Assembly: GCF_009914755.1 (NCBI RefSeq)
Contig: NC_060946.1
DNA length: 64,000 nt
Source of the DNA: the human T2T-CHM13v2.0 reference genome, Homo sapiens
Reading direction: 5' to 3' (one strand)
Positions 29,050 to 63,537 of this stretch are shown piece by piece (within the stretch, counting starts at the first letter, position 1; every line of letters starts with the position of its first letter). Below the pieces are notes generated by a model, which saw nothing but the letters and a program-made list of their open reading frames with translations, did not search any database and was not told the origin of the DNA. A program made the translations under genes and the position numbers.

Positions 29050-30450
29050 TGCGTGGGGTGGGGGGGGGGCCCGGTGCGGGGGCGGGGGAAGCAGCCTCGG
29101 ACCAAGTGAGCGATAGGCTGCCCCAAGCACAGGCCAAGGCGCGTCTGAGAGTGGCTGTCCCGGAACGGGGCGACAGGCGTCACAGAAAAGCCACGGAGGC
29201 CCCGGAGGCCCCGCAGCCAGCAGCCAGGGGGCCGGGCCAAAGCTAGCGACACACGCAAATCTGCAATTATCCCAGAGCGCTAAACACATCAGAGGAAACA
29301 AAACAGACGCGCCGGCGAATCCCAGCCTCCGCTGTTTTCAAAACAAGCGCGAGGGGGGTGCCGCGGGGCGTGGGGCTGGGGGGTCGGCAAGGACCCCGGC
29401 CGCCCCTTCCCGCAGCGCCGCGCCCGTGGGTAGGCGCGGGGAGGGACTGGGTGGAGAGCGCGCGGGAGACCCGGCGAGGGCGAGACCGGCGGCCCCGCCA
29501 CCCAGCCCCACCCACCGGTGACCCGGGTCAGAGTTCAGCCCGGGAGGCGGGGGGCGGTGTCTCCTGGGTGGGTCTGCGAGCCCGGTACCCGGCCAGAGCC
29601 AAAGGCGGGCACCCGGCCTGTGTGGAGCGCCCTGGACTATTCCTCGCAGGCCGACCCAGGTGGCACAGCCCCTCCCCCGGCGCCGGCACCGCCAGACTCC
29701 CCGGAGGGCGCAGAACGGTTGCCCGGGAGCCAGGGGCAAAGCGCGCCCGGGGCCAGGAAGCGCAGGGACTAGGCCCGCGCCTCCTCGGCGCCGCCCACTG
29801 CCCCCCGCGAGCCCAAGCTCCACGGCCACCGCCCGCGCCCTCCCGGGGACTCCGGCGCCCCGTCCGCCCCTCGGCCTCGCGCACCTGGAGGGAGCACGTG
29901 GCCGCCTCTGGGACAAACCTCACCAGGCCGGGGGCCCAGGACGCGCGGGCGGGTGGGAGTCTGACCCGAGTAACAATGACGGCGGCGGCGACAGTCACAC
30001 GAGCGCAGGAGACGTCGTCCCCGCGGGGCGCTCACCTGGCGTCGGGCACATCGGATCGCACAGCCGGCCATTACCTAAGTCCTCCGAGCCGTGGAAGGGG
30101 CGCGGGGAGCAGCTCCGCCCCGCCGATGGTGGCTCCGCCCGTGCCCCCGGTCGGTCTCAGGGCTCGGCCCCTCCCGGCCCAGCTGCCAATCATGCACGAC
30201 CCTGCCCGGAGCAGCCTCCCGCAGGACTCCGGACCCAGGGTCAAGGCCAGACTCACCCGAGGCAAAGGCCGAACGCTCCCGGCACAACCCGACCTAGGAG
30301 CTGGGGCGGGGCGGGGCGGGGCGGGGCTCCAGGGACAGACTGATGTGGAGGCCTGAGCCTCGCTTCAGCGTCTACAGCGGTCCCCGCTGGACTCTCGGCT
30401 GAGGACCCCTCCCAGGTGGAGGCCGTCGCACCCCTTCCCCGCCAGCCTGG
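29050..30450 (-). promoter_or_regulatory. Intronic CpG island; candidate alternative PLXNB2 promoter/first exon
   Basis: CpG-dense; tandem GGGGCGGGGC boxes at 30303-30326, CCAAT at 30186-30190, minus-strand donors after 30075 (TAG|GTAATG) and 30036 (CAG|GTGAGC). Confidence 0.65.
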
Positions 30451-33400
30451 TTTCAGGGTGGGGTTCCTACTTAGGGCCAGCCTCCCCTGCAGTCTGGGCT
30501 CTGGGTCCCAGCAGGAAAAGTCACCCTGGCTGGTGGCAGTGATGGGGTCACCAGCCCAGGATCCTGGGGGTGCCCCATGAAGCCCCAGCTCCTCCTGTCA
30601 CTTGCTCCAGCCGAGTTAGTCACAGCCCCCACTGGTCCACACCTCCTGACACACCCAGGCCACCTGGTACCCAGGGCCTCTGTATCTAGCCCTGGCCCTC
30701 AGGCACCCCCTGAGCTCACCTGGCCATGCCCAAGGGGCCTGCCCCAGCCCCCTCTCCGCCTCTGCACCAAGTGCAGCCCCTGTATATGGTGCGTCCCTAG
30801 ACTGGGGCCCCAGGCTGCCCTCCCATCCTACACACAGTTGTGAGGCCCTCCTCAGCCTCCTCTCTGGCCACGGCCCACTGGCGCATCTGGAGGATGGTCC
30901 TCCCCAGCCCTCAGACAGAAGGTGGGATCCAGTTGGCTACGGCGCCCTGTCCCCACACGCACCAGGCCTGCAGAACCACCTCTCTCCTCAACCACCCCTT
31001 TCGGGGTCCCAGACCCCATCCTGTCCAACCTGGGCACAGCTGCAGCCCCCTCTTGCTACACCGTGGTCCTTCGGGTCAGAAAGCTGGGCAGCGCAATGAA
31101 CCTACCGATGTCTCCGTGCTTCCTGAGGACCTCCTGTGGGAGGGGTGGGCACCGCCAGGCGCTCGGGGCACACGAGGCCGATGGCTACAGCAGGAACCAC
31201 CAACTCATCAGGACAGGACATGCGGTCAGACAGCAGGCGGCCACGGAGGGACTCTCGTGGGATTCTGGGGCTCAGTCACTTGGAGTCTCTCCTGAAAGGA
31301 GGCCTCCCGGCCCGCCGGTGCCCAGCCCCACCTGCAGGCTCTCCTCTGAGTGGCCCCCACGCATCTCCCCCTTTCCAGCTCAACCCCGCAGCAGCCGGCT
31401 GCTCAGAGACCAGGTCCTGCCTGGATGCAGCTGGCTCAAGACCAGCCCCCGCCCACAGCCCCCTTCTCACCCCCGGGGTGGGCGTTGGGGGGTGGACGGG
31501 TGAGGCCCCAGCCAGTGAGCAGTAAGCAAGGCCTGTAATCTCCCCGTCAGCCTGTCAGCGCCTCAGCGGTCACCCCAGCCCCGCCTCGCCCATCACCGCT
31601 GAACCCCACAATTAGCTTGGGGCACCGCGCCAAGCCTGTGTGCCAGACACCACTTGCACACATGACCACACATGTGCAGACACACATGGCTGGGTGCTGC
31701 CGGAAAAGCCCTGCCAACAGGGTCTCACCCCAACACCCAGAACTCGTCCCCAGTACAAAGAGCCTGGGAGAGAAGCCTCAGGCCGGGGCACTTGGGCTAA
31801 GAGGGGCAGTGGGGCTCTCAGAACCCAGCGCTGCCTGGAGCCCCGAGGGAGGGGCCATGTGTGGCATGGGGAAGTGGGGTGGGGGCAGGGCCGTCTCAGC
31901 AGGGGAGAGGGGCTGCGTCTGCCCAGGATGAGCTGGGGGCTGGTGAGGCACAGGGTGTTGGGCAGGACCTGGGTCCAGGCCAAGGGTGAGGCAGCCCAGG
32001 GTGTGGGCTGGGCCCCACAGGGGCAAACACTCAGGGCTTTGGGAGGCCAGAGGGACAGGGATTTCCCAGTGAGGAAATGCCCATCTCAGAGTGGGGGCAG
32101 GACAGTGAGTGGGAGGTGATGCCCGTGGCTGGAGCTGTGTGGGGAGGTGGGTGCCCCTGGAGGCCAGGTCCAGCCCCTTGCTCCACGCGGAGGCTTGCTC
32201 TGCTCATGGTGGAGCTGAGGACTTCAAACCCCACAGGGCCTGGTCGAGAGCCACTGGGCCCCAGGTCTAGATGTGGAACTGGGGGACCCTCCAGCGAGCT
32301 TTGCTGGGCCTGGGCGGCCTGCCTGGGGCGCCCCACCTTCACGCCCTCCTCCCTAACATCCTTTTCTCCTGAAGTCCCTCAGGGTGGTCACCAGATCAGG
32401 CTCGGTGCCAACATAGGAGTGGGGAGGCCAAGCCCCTCAGCTCCCCTGGCCAATCTCTGAGGCTGAGAGGGAGTGGGGGGGGCCATGCTGGAGCACCTCC
32501 CTCCCACCACCTGCCCCTTGCCCCTGTCAACTGCTGGCTCCACTTAAAATAGCTTCTCCCCCTCGCTGGTGGGAGGGAGGCCCTGGTGTCAAGCCGGTAA
32601 GGCTGGAGCAAGGCTGGGCACAGGGCCTGGGCTCAGCAGTGTTCTGTGCCCTCCATCTCCTCCAAAGCAGGCCCCAGCTCTGAAAACACACCTGACAGGG
32701 CTGGGATCCACAGAGTCCTCACCTCCTGCTGGTCCTCAAACCCCACTCTCCATGGCTGGGTCCCTGAAATACTTGGATTACCCTCAAGCCCCCCGCCATC
32801 CCCCCAAGCTGTGGCTCCCATGCCACCCTACCACGTCTGAGTCACACAGGCCCAGGCCTCCCTTGCTTCCCCCAGGAGAGACCCCCCCACACTCCTGCTT
32901 CTGGCCTGTCCTCAGAGCCCCAGAACTCACCTAGGTTCAAAGCCAGACCCCAGCTGAGGACAGAGCATGGACCCCAGGCAAATGCAGTGACAATCACAGA
33001 GCACGCTCCTACCACAGCCACCCACGCAGCCTGAGGCATAGCCCCCTGGAAACTGCCTCGGCCTTCAGCACCCCACTTTGGACCAGCAGGGCAGGGGGGT
33101 TCCTCCTCTGAGAAGTCCTCAAAGCTGCCTGGAAGGAGCAGACAGTGCCCCCAGACGCCAATCTGACAGGGGGCCCAATCTGTCTCTGAGCAGGTGGCAT
33201 GCTGGCTCGGGGGCCCCAGACCACAACAGAAGGTCACCTGGGAAGAGAGCCGCAGCCCTACACAAGGCTCGTGGGCAGGAACCGTCCCAGCCACAGGAGC
33301 AGACGCCCTTGCCTGGCCCCTCAGGGGGCCGTGTTCACACAGGAGGCCTTCTCAGAGGTGGACACCAAGCACTTCTCTCTCTTGCGCTTGCTGCGGGACT

Positions 33401-36400
33401 CAGCTGGGGCAGCATCAGGCCCAGAAATCGGTGCTGGACACTGTGTCTCCACACAGGGCCCCCCATGGAAGCTGCTGACCAGCTGTGCCAGAGGGGCCGG
33501 GGCCCTACCCCCAGGAGCCCAGTCCCTGCCTCTGATGCTGCTGCTGCTGGGACCCTGCTGGCAGAGCTGGTGGCTGAACTGGGGCAGCACCTCCCTCTCC
33601 TGCCCCAGGCCTGGGCCGGGACTCAGCTGGCACTGGAATGAGGAACTATTGGCTTTCAGAAGCCAGGAGACCTTAGGGGGCTGAGGAAGAGAGCTGGACC
33701 TGCCCCCAGGCGCCCTGATCCCAGCCCAGGGCAGTCTCCTCCCTCACCTAGCCTGGGACATGAGGCAGCTCAGGTGTGGCCTTAGGGGCTACCCCCAGGG
33801 AAGGCCACCAACCATAGCGGGCCACGGTGTGGGCTGGCCTCTGGGTGTGAAGGGCTCCAGGATCTGGGCTGCAGAGGCGGGACTGTGCGAAACAGAACCC
33901 CCAGCTCCACAGCCAGGCCAGCCCCAGGCTCCTCCCCAGACAGACATCCCCGGGGGTGGGGCAAACCTGCAGTACCACCAGGGGCAGCCTGTCCCACCAT
34001 CCCCGGCACCACTGGGCCTGGGGCCAGTCACTGTCACAGGTTCATGAATCTCACAGGGCAGGGTGGATCCACTGGGGGGGTGCGGGGTGCCAGTGTTCAG
34101 GGCCAGACGGGAGGGGCCCAGCCAATCCCTTCACACGCTTGGTCTTCAGAGAGAAGGCTTCTGAGCCAGGAGGGCCACTGTGTCAGGGCCTGGCTTGAGG
34201 CCACACCTGTGGCTGGGGGAGCCCAGAACAGTGCAGGGTCCTTCCCTGGTAGGCAGAGAAAGGCGGGGGTCCTTACAATCCAGGGGTATGGGAAGAAGCA
34301 GGCCCTGTGTCAAGGGATGTGAAACCACGGAAAGGAAGAAGGTGGAGGAACCTCGACCAGAAAGAGGGAAGCTAGGGCAGCTGCCTCCCCGGGGCCCCAG
34401 AGCCTGAGCACCCCCCACCAGCCAAGGCTCTGACCCACCCTCCCCATCGTGTAATTAGTCAGAGACCCAGCCCCACCCCACCCACAGCCCCACCCCAAAC
34501 ACAAACAGCCACTACCCCTGAGGGAGGGAGGGGCTGTGGCCAGTCCCAGCCCTACTGAATCTCCCACCCCCAGAGAACCTGGATCTGCCTCAGAGAAGGG
34601 AGGTCAAGGCTGGGGGGCCACTTGCTGGCCACTGGGTGAATTCTGAGCAGCTCACCACCTCATCCCCAAACCGTGTCCAAGGCAGGCTCTGGGCACAAGA
34701 GGTTCCCCGCCAACTTCCAAGGAGGGCGGCCAGGCTGCAGCCAGAGGGACGGAGGCATGAGCTGAGTGAGAACTCCCAGCTCAGGGGAAGGCAGCCCTCG
34801 TGGCAGAGGCCTGGCATCCAAGTGCCTGCCTAGCTCAGAGAAGGCACAATATGAGGGGCCGGAAGACACAGCCTCTCCCAGCCAGTGCACCCCTGCCCAC
34901 GCCCGCGTCCCAGGGGGACCATCAGCTGTGGCTGGCACAGGGTGAGGCAGGGGGCAGGACACGGTGAGCACGGACGACGTCCTGGGATGGGAGGAGGACT
35001 GTGCCATATGGGCCCTCCCCACCACCTTCCAATCCAATCTCTTCTGCTCCACTTCCCTGGGCCGGGTCCAAGGCTCTGGGCTTTCTGCACTTGGGGCCAG
35101 CTGCCGGCTCCTCCTCCCCGATGTGGTCCCCATGCAGGCCGCCGGGCACACACCCCGGGCGCACACACAGCATGGACCCAGAGCGCCAGGTAGCCACAGC
35201 CCTGGCCACACAGCATCGCAGATGACTCCTCACATAGACCTATCTCTGGCCTCAGTCTCCCCACCTGCAGGATGGGCTCACAGGCGCCATATCCAGAGGG
35301 GGTCGTAGGCAAGGACTGGCTGTCGGAGGGGCTTGGAGGGAGGCTGGTCCGTTAGTCAGGAGCTGAATAGGGAGTCCGTTGGGGCAGGAGGGCCCCCTGA
35401 GGGAAACCCCAGTGCCCTCCCTAGCAGCCTAGCCTCGCTCCTGCCTGCTCCTCCCTGGCACGCACAGGTCACTGGCACAGGGTGTGTCCCTGAACTTGGG
35501 CCTGGAGGGTACCTCAGAGGCTCTTCAGACCACCATTGAGACTTCTCGGGGCGAGGGGGTCCCTGGGTGGGGCGAGGGGGTCCCTGGGTGGGCCCAGAGC
35601 TCCTCCTGTTCCATGGTCTCCCCCAGAGGGGCTTGGGCCCACTGCAGGCTCAGCAGGGCCTGCTGGGGCCAACCTTGGGGCTTTCTCCAACCCAAAGGTG
35701 ACGCATCTTCTCCCCGCCCAGTCTGGGCAGCTGCAGTAGAAAGTGGCAGAGCTGCCCGGACTTGCCCGTCCTCCTCCTGGGGCCCTCAACCCACGTCCCG
35801 GAAGTGGATCCTTCTCCCACGCTGCAGCCTCCCGCTTCGGGTGACTGGACACGGCTGGATGATCCAAAATAATTCTTTCTTGGCAGGCAGCCGGTGGGGG
35901 AGGGGGACTCACATTCCAAACCCTTGTTTTTCTCAGTAACTTCCCTCCTCTACTGGGGCAAGGAACCCCTGGCCAGACCTCAGGCCTCCCAGACCCCCCG
36001 GGACAGAGGTGGGCCCCCCATAGGTACCGTGGGAGGACTCAGATGTGCCAGGCCCACCTGCTTGCTTCTCAGTCGGCTCTGGGGATTTCTATGCAACATG
36101 CAAAAAGCTGACTCGCCACAAACCTATGCCTGCTGGCCCTGCCCTCCGGGAGACCCTCACCTCTGGACAGGAAAGGGAGGGCTCCTCCCACCAGCTGTTC
36201 AGCTGTTCCGTGCCAGGGTCATCTGGGCATGGGGCAGGCTGAGAGCCCCCACTTCCCGGCAGCCTCGCTCTCCCACCCGCAAAGGGCTCCTGAGGAAGCT
36301 CAACTTTAAAGCCTCACAGGCTGCGCCGAACCTCCAAGCAAGGGCCGAAGTCAGACATTAAGTGGGGAGGGCGGGGGGGTCCAGGGAAGGTGGGGCACAG

Positions 36401-36440
36401 GGAGCCCTCCAGGCCGCCGGGATCTGCCGGGTTTGGGGCC

Positions 36441-36442
<2 letters not shown>

Positions 36443-36490
<48 letters not shown>
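36443..36490. repeat. (CCCTCA)8 / (TGAGGG)8 hexamer repeat
   Basis: Directly visible. Confidence 0.95.
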
Positions 36491-36491
<1 letters not shown>

Positions 36492-36639
36492 CCCCTGTCC
36501 TGACTCTGCCACAGCCCACAGTGGGCAGACGGACCCCTTTCTTCCTTTCCCAGGGAGCTTCGGGAAGAGAAATCAAGGGCCTGGCAGGAAGCCCCAGGGC
36601 GTCCGGGCTCTGAGACCCCCAGATGACAGGGGGAGGCGG

Positions 36640-37460
36640 GCTCCCCAGATCTGCCGAATAGCCCGACCAGGGGCGCTGGCAGGGCAGGGGCTTCCTGCAG
36701 GAGCAGGGTGCGGAGGGGCAGGGTCAGCAGGGGACAGGCAGGGCTCGCGCCCCCGCTTCTGAGACTTTCTGTGTCTCGGGGTGTCCACCCAGACGCCACT
36801 CTGGGAACCGCGAGGAGGCCCAGGCAGTGGGGTCTCGCCAGGTGCGGGTGCTCTCCGCCCTGGTCCCCCCGCGCCAAGCAGGCCCCAGGGGGTGCGGGGA
36901 CGGCCCCCGGGAGCTCGGGCAAATCCAGGCTCCTGTGCCGCTGAGCCTGGGGCCGGCCCGGAGCGCCCGCACCGCGAGACCATCTCCGCTCGGCGCACGG
37001 AGCTCGGCGGCTGAAGAGTGAGAGGCAGGCGCGGAGGAGGGATCCGACGCGGCTCCGGAGGGACGCGCAGCCCCCGCCGCCGGGCCCGTCCCCCGAGTCA
37101 ACACCGGGAAGGGAGTGGGGCGGCAGCGGCCCGGGCCTCGCCGGATGGACCGACGGACGGGGCCCAGGCCCCGGGAGCCCTCCGCGGAGCCGCAGCCGCC
37201 GCAGGTCCCCGGGCCCCAGCGCGGCAGGCCCGGGCGGAGCGGCGCTGACGGCGAAGCCCCCCCCACGCCCAGCGAGACGTCCCCCGCAGCCCAGTCCCCC
37301 GAGCTCGGTACCTGCACGTCCGCCGCCAAGGCTCGATGGCGCCCGGGCCGCGCTCGGCGCTGCGCTCTGGCCCGCGCTGCTGCCATGGAGACGGGGCCTT
37401 TGTGTGGCCGAGGAGGGGCCGGAGCGCGCGGGAGCTGCCGGCCCCGCCCCCGACGAGGGA
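36640..37460 (-). promoter_or_regulatory. PLXNB2: PLXNB2 main promoter CpG island
   Basis: CpG-dense, GC box at 37441-37451, first-exon donor CAG|GTACCG at 37312. Confidence 0.8.
37312..37405 (-). other. PLXNB2: PLXNB2 non-coding exon 1 (5' end approximate)
   Basis: Donor GACGTGCAG|gtaccg inside the CpG island; the TSS cannot be fixed from sequence. Confidence 0.65.
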
Positions 37461-37702
37461 GAGGAGGGGAGGGCGGGGAGAACAGGAGAAGGGGGGAGAG
37501 GGAGAGGGAAAGCGGAGGGGGAGAAGGAGGGGGAGGGGGAGGGGAGGGGGAAGAGGGGGAGGGGGGAGAGGGGGAGGGGGAAGAGGGGGAGGGGGAGAGG
37601 GGGAGGGGGAAGAGGGGGAGGGGGAGGGGAGGGGGAGCAGGAGCGGGGAGGAGAGGGCAGAAGAGAACCGGAGAGGAGGGGAGGGGACGGGAGGGGAGGG
37701 GC
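37455..37702. repeat. Polypurine/polypyrimidine (G/A-rich) low-complexity tract
   Basis: ~245 bp of almost pure G/A on the + strand. Confidence 0.9.
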
Positions 37703-38812
37703 TGGGCCTGCGCTCCCCGCGCCCCCCACTTCTCCCCTGCCCAGCGGCCACAGCATTGTCTGGTAGGTTCAGGCACCCCAGTTCAGACCCAGGTTCAGCC
37801 AGGGCAGCACCCTGCCCACCATGCCGCCGTCCAGGAAGCACGAGCGCCCACAGAGGCCCCATGGCCTGAGCACCCCCACAGGAACCCCGCAGGTCTGAGG
37901 GGAGGCCATGGCTTGGTACCAGGGGAGGGCATTATGAGTGCACTCTCGCCTGGCCAGAGGAACGTGAGGGTCCCTGCCAGTCTTGAGATGTGTGGGCACC
38001 AGACTCTCACTCCCAGACTGGAAGCATACCAGTCGCTCCCCTGCGGCCTTCAGGGGTGGGGGCTGCTGGGCTTTGGCCCTTTCCCAGGGGTCTCAGGCCC
38101 TCAACCTCCCAGGGTAAACTGGGACCTGGAGATGGCCTCCCAGCACATCCCTGGCCTCCAGCAGCACCTTGGGATGCTGCACCCGGGACCCCACCTGGTC
38201 CTTCAGGGCCAGGAGGTGGGCGGGCCGAGACCTCTTTCTGGGGGTTCTGGTTTCTGGGACAGAGCTGGCCCCACTTCTGGCATCCCAGGTCCCAAGTCCT
38301 GGCCTCAGTGCTCCTAGTGTCCCCTGGGCTTGAGAAGAGGTGGTGAACCGTCTGCAGGGCCAGACCTTGGAGCACGCCTCCACTGCCCTCCCGGAACTGG
38401 ATGTGCTGAGCAGGAGACAGAAGCATTCCCCAAGCTCTTGCCCCCACCCTGGGTCACCCCTCCCTGGGGCCCGCCTTCCACCCAGACCTGCCCCGTCCTT
38501 GCAGCTGGTCAGCTTCCTCCTGTCCCCAGCCAGGCATCCCCTCCTCCTCTGCTTCCCCCACCCGGGATCCGCCCCGCCACATCCTGACAAACTCCCCCAG
38601 CCTGACTTAGTTCTTTCAGTCTCTGCCTTCTCCCACCCTCAAGCAGCCAGGCCTTGTTCCTGTCCAAAATCTTCCCTTGGGCCTTGAACCACAATCCACA
38701 TCACGGCAACCCTACCCTTCACTGCAGAGGACCCCAAAATTACCAGGTTCTGACAAGGTTGCCAACTTTTTATCAAAAAAGGAAAAGACAAGGTCCAGTC
38801 ACAAAAGGACAT

Positions 38813-38818
38813 TTTAAT
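38813..38818 (-). terminator. DENND6B poly(A) signal (ATTAAA)
   Basis: TTTAAT on +; U-rich downstream element (minus TGTCTTTTCCTTTTTT at ~38775-38790). Confidence 0.7.
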
Positions 38819-40425
38819 ACCAAAACTGTGGGAAGGCCACTGTTCTAGACTAAAAGGGAGTCTTTAAATAGCCAGCAGGAAGCTTGAGGGTGAGCAGCTG
38901 TCCTTCCTGTCCCTGAGCAGGCCCCCTGTGTGTACCCTCAGCCCCGAGCCCCACTCCAGACCTGCTCCCAGCCCTTCCCACCCTCTAGGTTCTGTGGTCC
39001 CTGTCCTTCGGGAGGCCTGTGACCACAGCAGTCCTCACCCTCGCCAACTAAGTTCTGCCCAGCAAGCCCTCTTGCCTGCGGGGGCTGGCACTCTGGCCAG
39101 GGGTAGAGCTGTCTGGACCTTCCTGCCTCTTCACTGACTGCCCCTGGCCTGGAGTGCGTGGGGCGGGGAGGGCCATGGCCTAGCCCTGGACAGAGGCTCA
39201 GCCAACTCAGAGCGGCCCTGACACTGGGGGGGCCACAAGAGGCATCCGGACAGATGGAGCTGGCAGGTCTCCACGCCCAGCCCCCACCCATCCACCCCAG
39301 GCCACATTCCACCCCAGGCCTCTTCTGCACAGGTGGGGACAGGCCCTGAGGAAGAGGGGCTGGGACACTACCCCCCACCTTAGCCTTAGCTTCTGCCCAG
39401 GGCAATGCTGGCCACCCAGCCCGGTTCCCCCCTCAAGTTCCCCCTTCACACGCCACTATGTGGCCTCACCAGAGCCCTCCAGGGAAATCTGCTTGTGCAT
39501 TTCTGGATACACAGTGGCCAGGGTCCCTGGGGGCTCCTCAGAGACCAGCCTGAAGCCCCTCCCCTGCAGCCATGTGGGTCTGCAGCCCTCTGTGCTGTGC
39601 GGCAGCCCTCAGAAAGCCAAGTGAGGCGAGACTGTGCTGTGGGGAAGCACATGCTGCCACGGTCCTTGGGGTGCGCTCCCCAAAGTGGGGTCACAGTTGT
39701 GAGAGAGGTGGGTTGTCTTCCCAAGCTGCCCCGACACCTTGAAGTGGTGGTCCTCAGGGGGCTGGTCACCAGCATAAGGCTTTTGCAGAGGGCCCTGGTG
39801 GAGGGCAGCTGATGGCAGGGCCTGTACTGGCCCCCCAGGCCCCATCTTATGGAGGTCAGCATTCAAGCTGCCCACACAAGAGGTGCCAGCATCTCTGCAG
39901 ACCCTCTAGAGACCAAGCCCTCAGTGGGGAGGCTGGTCCCCCTGTGCTACAGTCAGGAGGCCCAAGCTGCATTTGGGGCCAGGACCTTTCTCACCCTCGG
40001 GTCCCCGGCTTGTCCCTGCCACAGAACAGGTTTGCCACCTCGGCCTCTATGTGTTCTGTTTCATGTGGTCACATCCTTGGACCCTGCACCAGACATCTGG
40101 GGCTTAACAGCTCCCCTTGGTCACCCTCCCGGCTGCCTCCGCGTCTTGTCTGTAGAATGGGAACAGGGACAGGCTGTCCTGGGCTGCAGTTGGGCTGGAC
40201 AAGTTGACATGTACCAAGTTCTGAGAACTACCTGGCGCCCGGACACCTGACCCCGCTGTCCTTGTGGCTCAGTCACATCCTGCACTGAAGTGGCTGGCAG
40301 TGCTCGCTCTCCACCACCTGGCTGGAGGTCTGAGAGCACCAATGAGAACACAAACAGTACGTTGCGCTGAATGAAGGCTACATTCCTCGGACTGAATGGG
40401 GGCCTCAGAAGAAAAAGAAAAGTCC

Positions 40426-40847
<422 letters not shown>

Positions 40848-41902
40848 TCAGATGAGGAGTCTGAGGGTCTGAGTGGTCAGGGGACCTGCTCCCGGGCACA
40901 CAGTGCGTGATGCTGAGCAGGGCTTGGCTGTCCGGAGCCCTGACAGTACCGTCACTGTGTGCTGTGCAGGGTCAACACCGTACCTCACCGGCCTCAGTGC
41001 CTGCAGGTGTCACGGGGGGAGCATACAACCCAGAGGTGGCTCTTAGGGACGTTCACCCCTTACCAAGGAAAGGGAGACATGCAGGCTCCAGCCAGAGGCA
41101 GGGTCAGGCCGAAGTCCAGAGCCCCTTGGGCTGCATGTGGGGGATGGACGGACACACTTGGACAACAGGAGCCCTGTCCACCTCCCAGAAGGGACGCACG
41201 GAGCTGGTGCCTGGTGGGGGCTCCAGGACTGGGAGCCAGGAAGGTGCTGTGGCTCTCCGAGAGCCAGGCTGAGCCAGCTCTCCTAGCAGAGGTGCTGGGC
41301 TGCACACAGCCCCCTGCCCAACCCCTACCTCCCAACAAACCACAGCCCCAAGCAGGTGGGTGTCCAGAGGAGCACCAGGGGTGGTGAGCAGAGCTCTTCA
41401 CACTGCAAAGTGGTCTCTCCCTTTCTCAAGTTGATGACTATATGCAAAATAGCCTCCCATCCCCAGACAAGACGGGGGCTGTGTCAGGAGAGGGTCCCTC
41501 CTGTCCTGGGCAGCCTGTTGGGCTGAGGGAAGCATCACACACAGCGCAGGGGGGTCGGGGGCCAACAGATGGGCACCGGGAGGGGCAGACGGTAGACGCA
41601 CCCACATCAGCAAGGGCTCCCAGCCTGTCCCCGCCCCCGTCCCAGCCTAAGGTCTGCAGAGGCCAGGTGGGACCCAGGAGGAGGCAAGGCTCTGCCTGCG
41701 AGGAACCCCTATGGTCAAGGCCATGCTGTGGTTCCAAATGTCGCCTTTACTGCTGAGACAATGGTGGTGCAGGAAGGGGAGCCTGCAGTCTGGGCGGGGG
41801 GCCAAGGAAGGGGAGCGTGTGCTTGGCCCAGTGCCGCCACCACTGGGGAGTGGGAGGCTCAGGCAGACCTAGGGCCCTGGGACCGTGGCCCTTGGCTTTG
41901 TT

Positions 41903-60630
<18,728 letters not shown>

Positions 60631-60639
60631 AGAGGAGGC

Positions 60640-60935
60640 TTAGAGTCAGAGAAGTCAATGTGGTGCTGGGATCTGAGAAAAAGAACCTGGAAGATGGTCA
60701 GTTGCTGGCTTTGAAGATGGAGGAAGACACTAAACCAAGGGATGCAGGACAAGCTGGAAAAGGCAAGGACATAGATTTTCCCTGGAGCTTCCCAGAGGAA
60801 GCCAACATCTGGATTTTCGTCCCATAAGACTCATCTCAGATTTGTGAGCTCCAGGACTGTAAGGTAATAAATGCGTGTGGTTGTAAGCCATGACGTGTGT
60901 GGGGACCTGTGTCAGCAGCAACCGGAAACTACTGC
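60640..60935 (+). mobile_element. MLT1 (MaLR) LTR fragment
   Basis: GCTGGCTTTGAAGATGGAGGAAG..AAGCTGGAAAAGGCAAGG..CTCCAGGACTGTAAG.TAATAAAT signature. Confidence 0.7.
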
Positions 60936-60939
60936 ATGG

Positions 60940-63537
<2,598 letters not shown>

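Noticed and set aside
29338-30356. Several 150-330 aa Arg/Pro/Gly-rich ORFs
   Set aside because: Expected in a CpG island depleted of stop codons; no domain-like content
36488-38317. 350-422 aa ORFs over the PLXNB2 promoter
   Set aside because: CpG island plus purine tract artefacts; only the short spliced uORF was kept as a hypothesis
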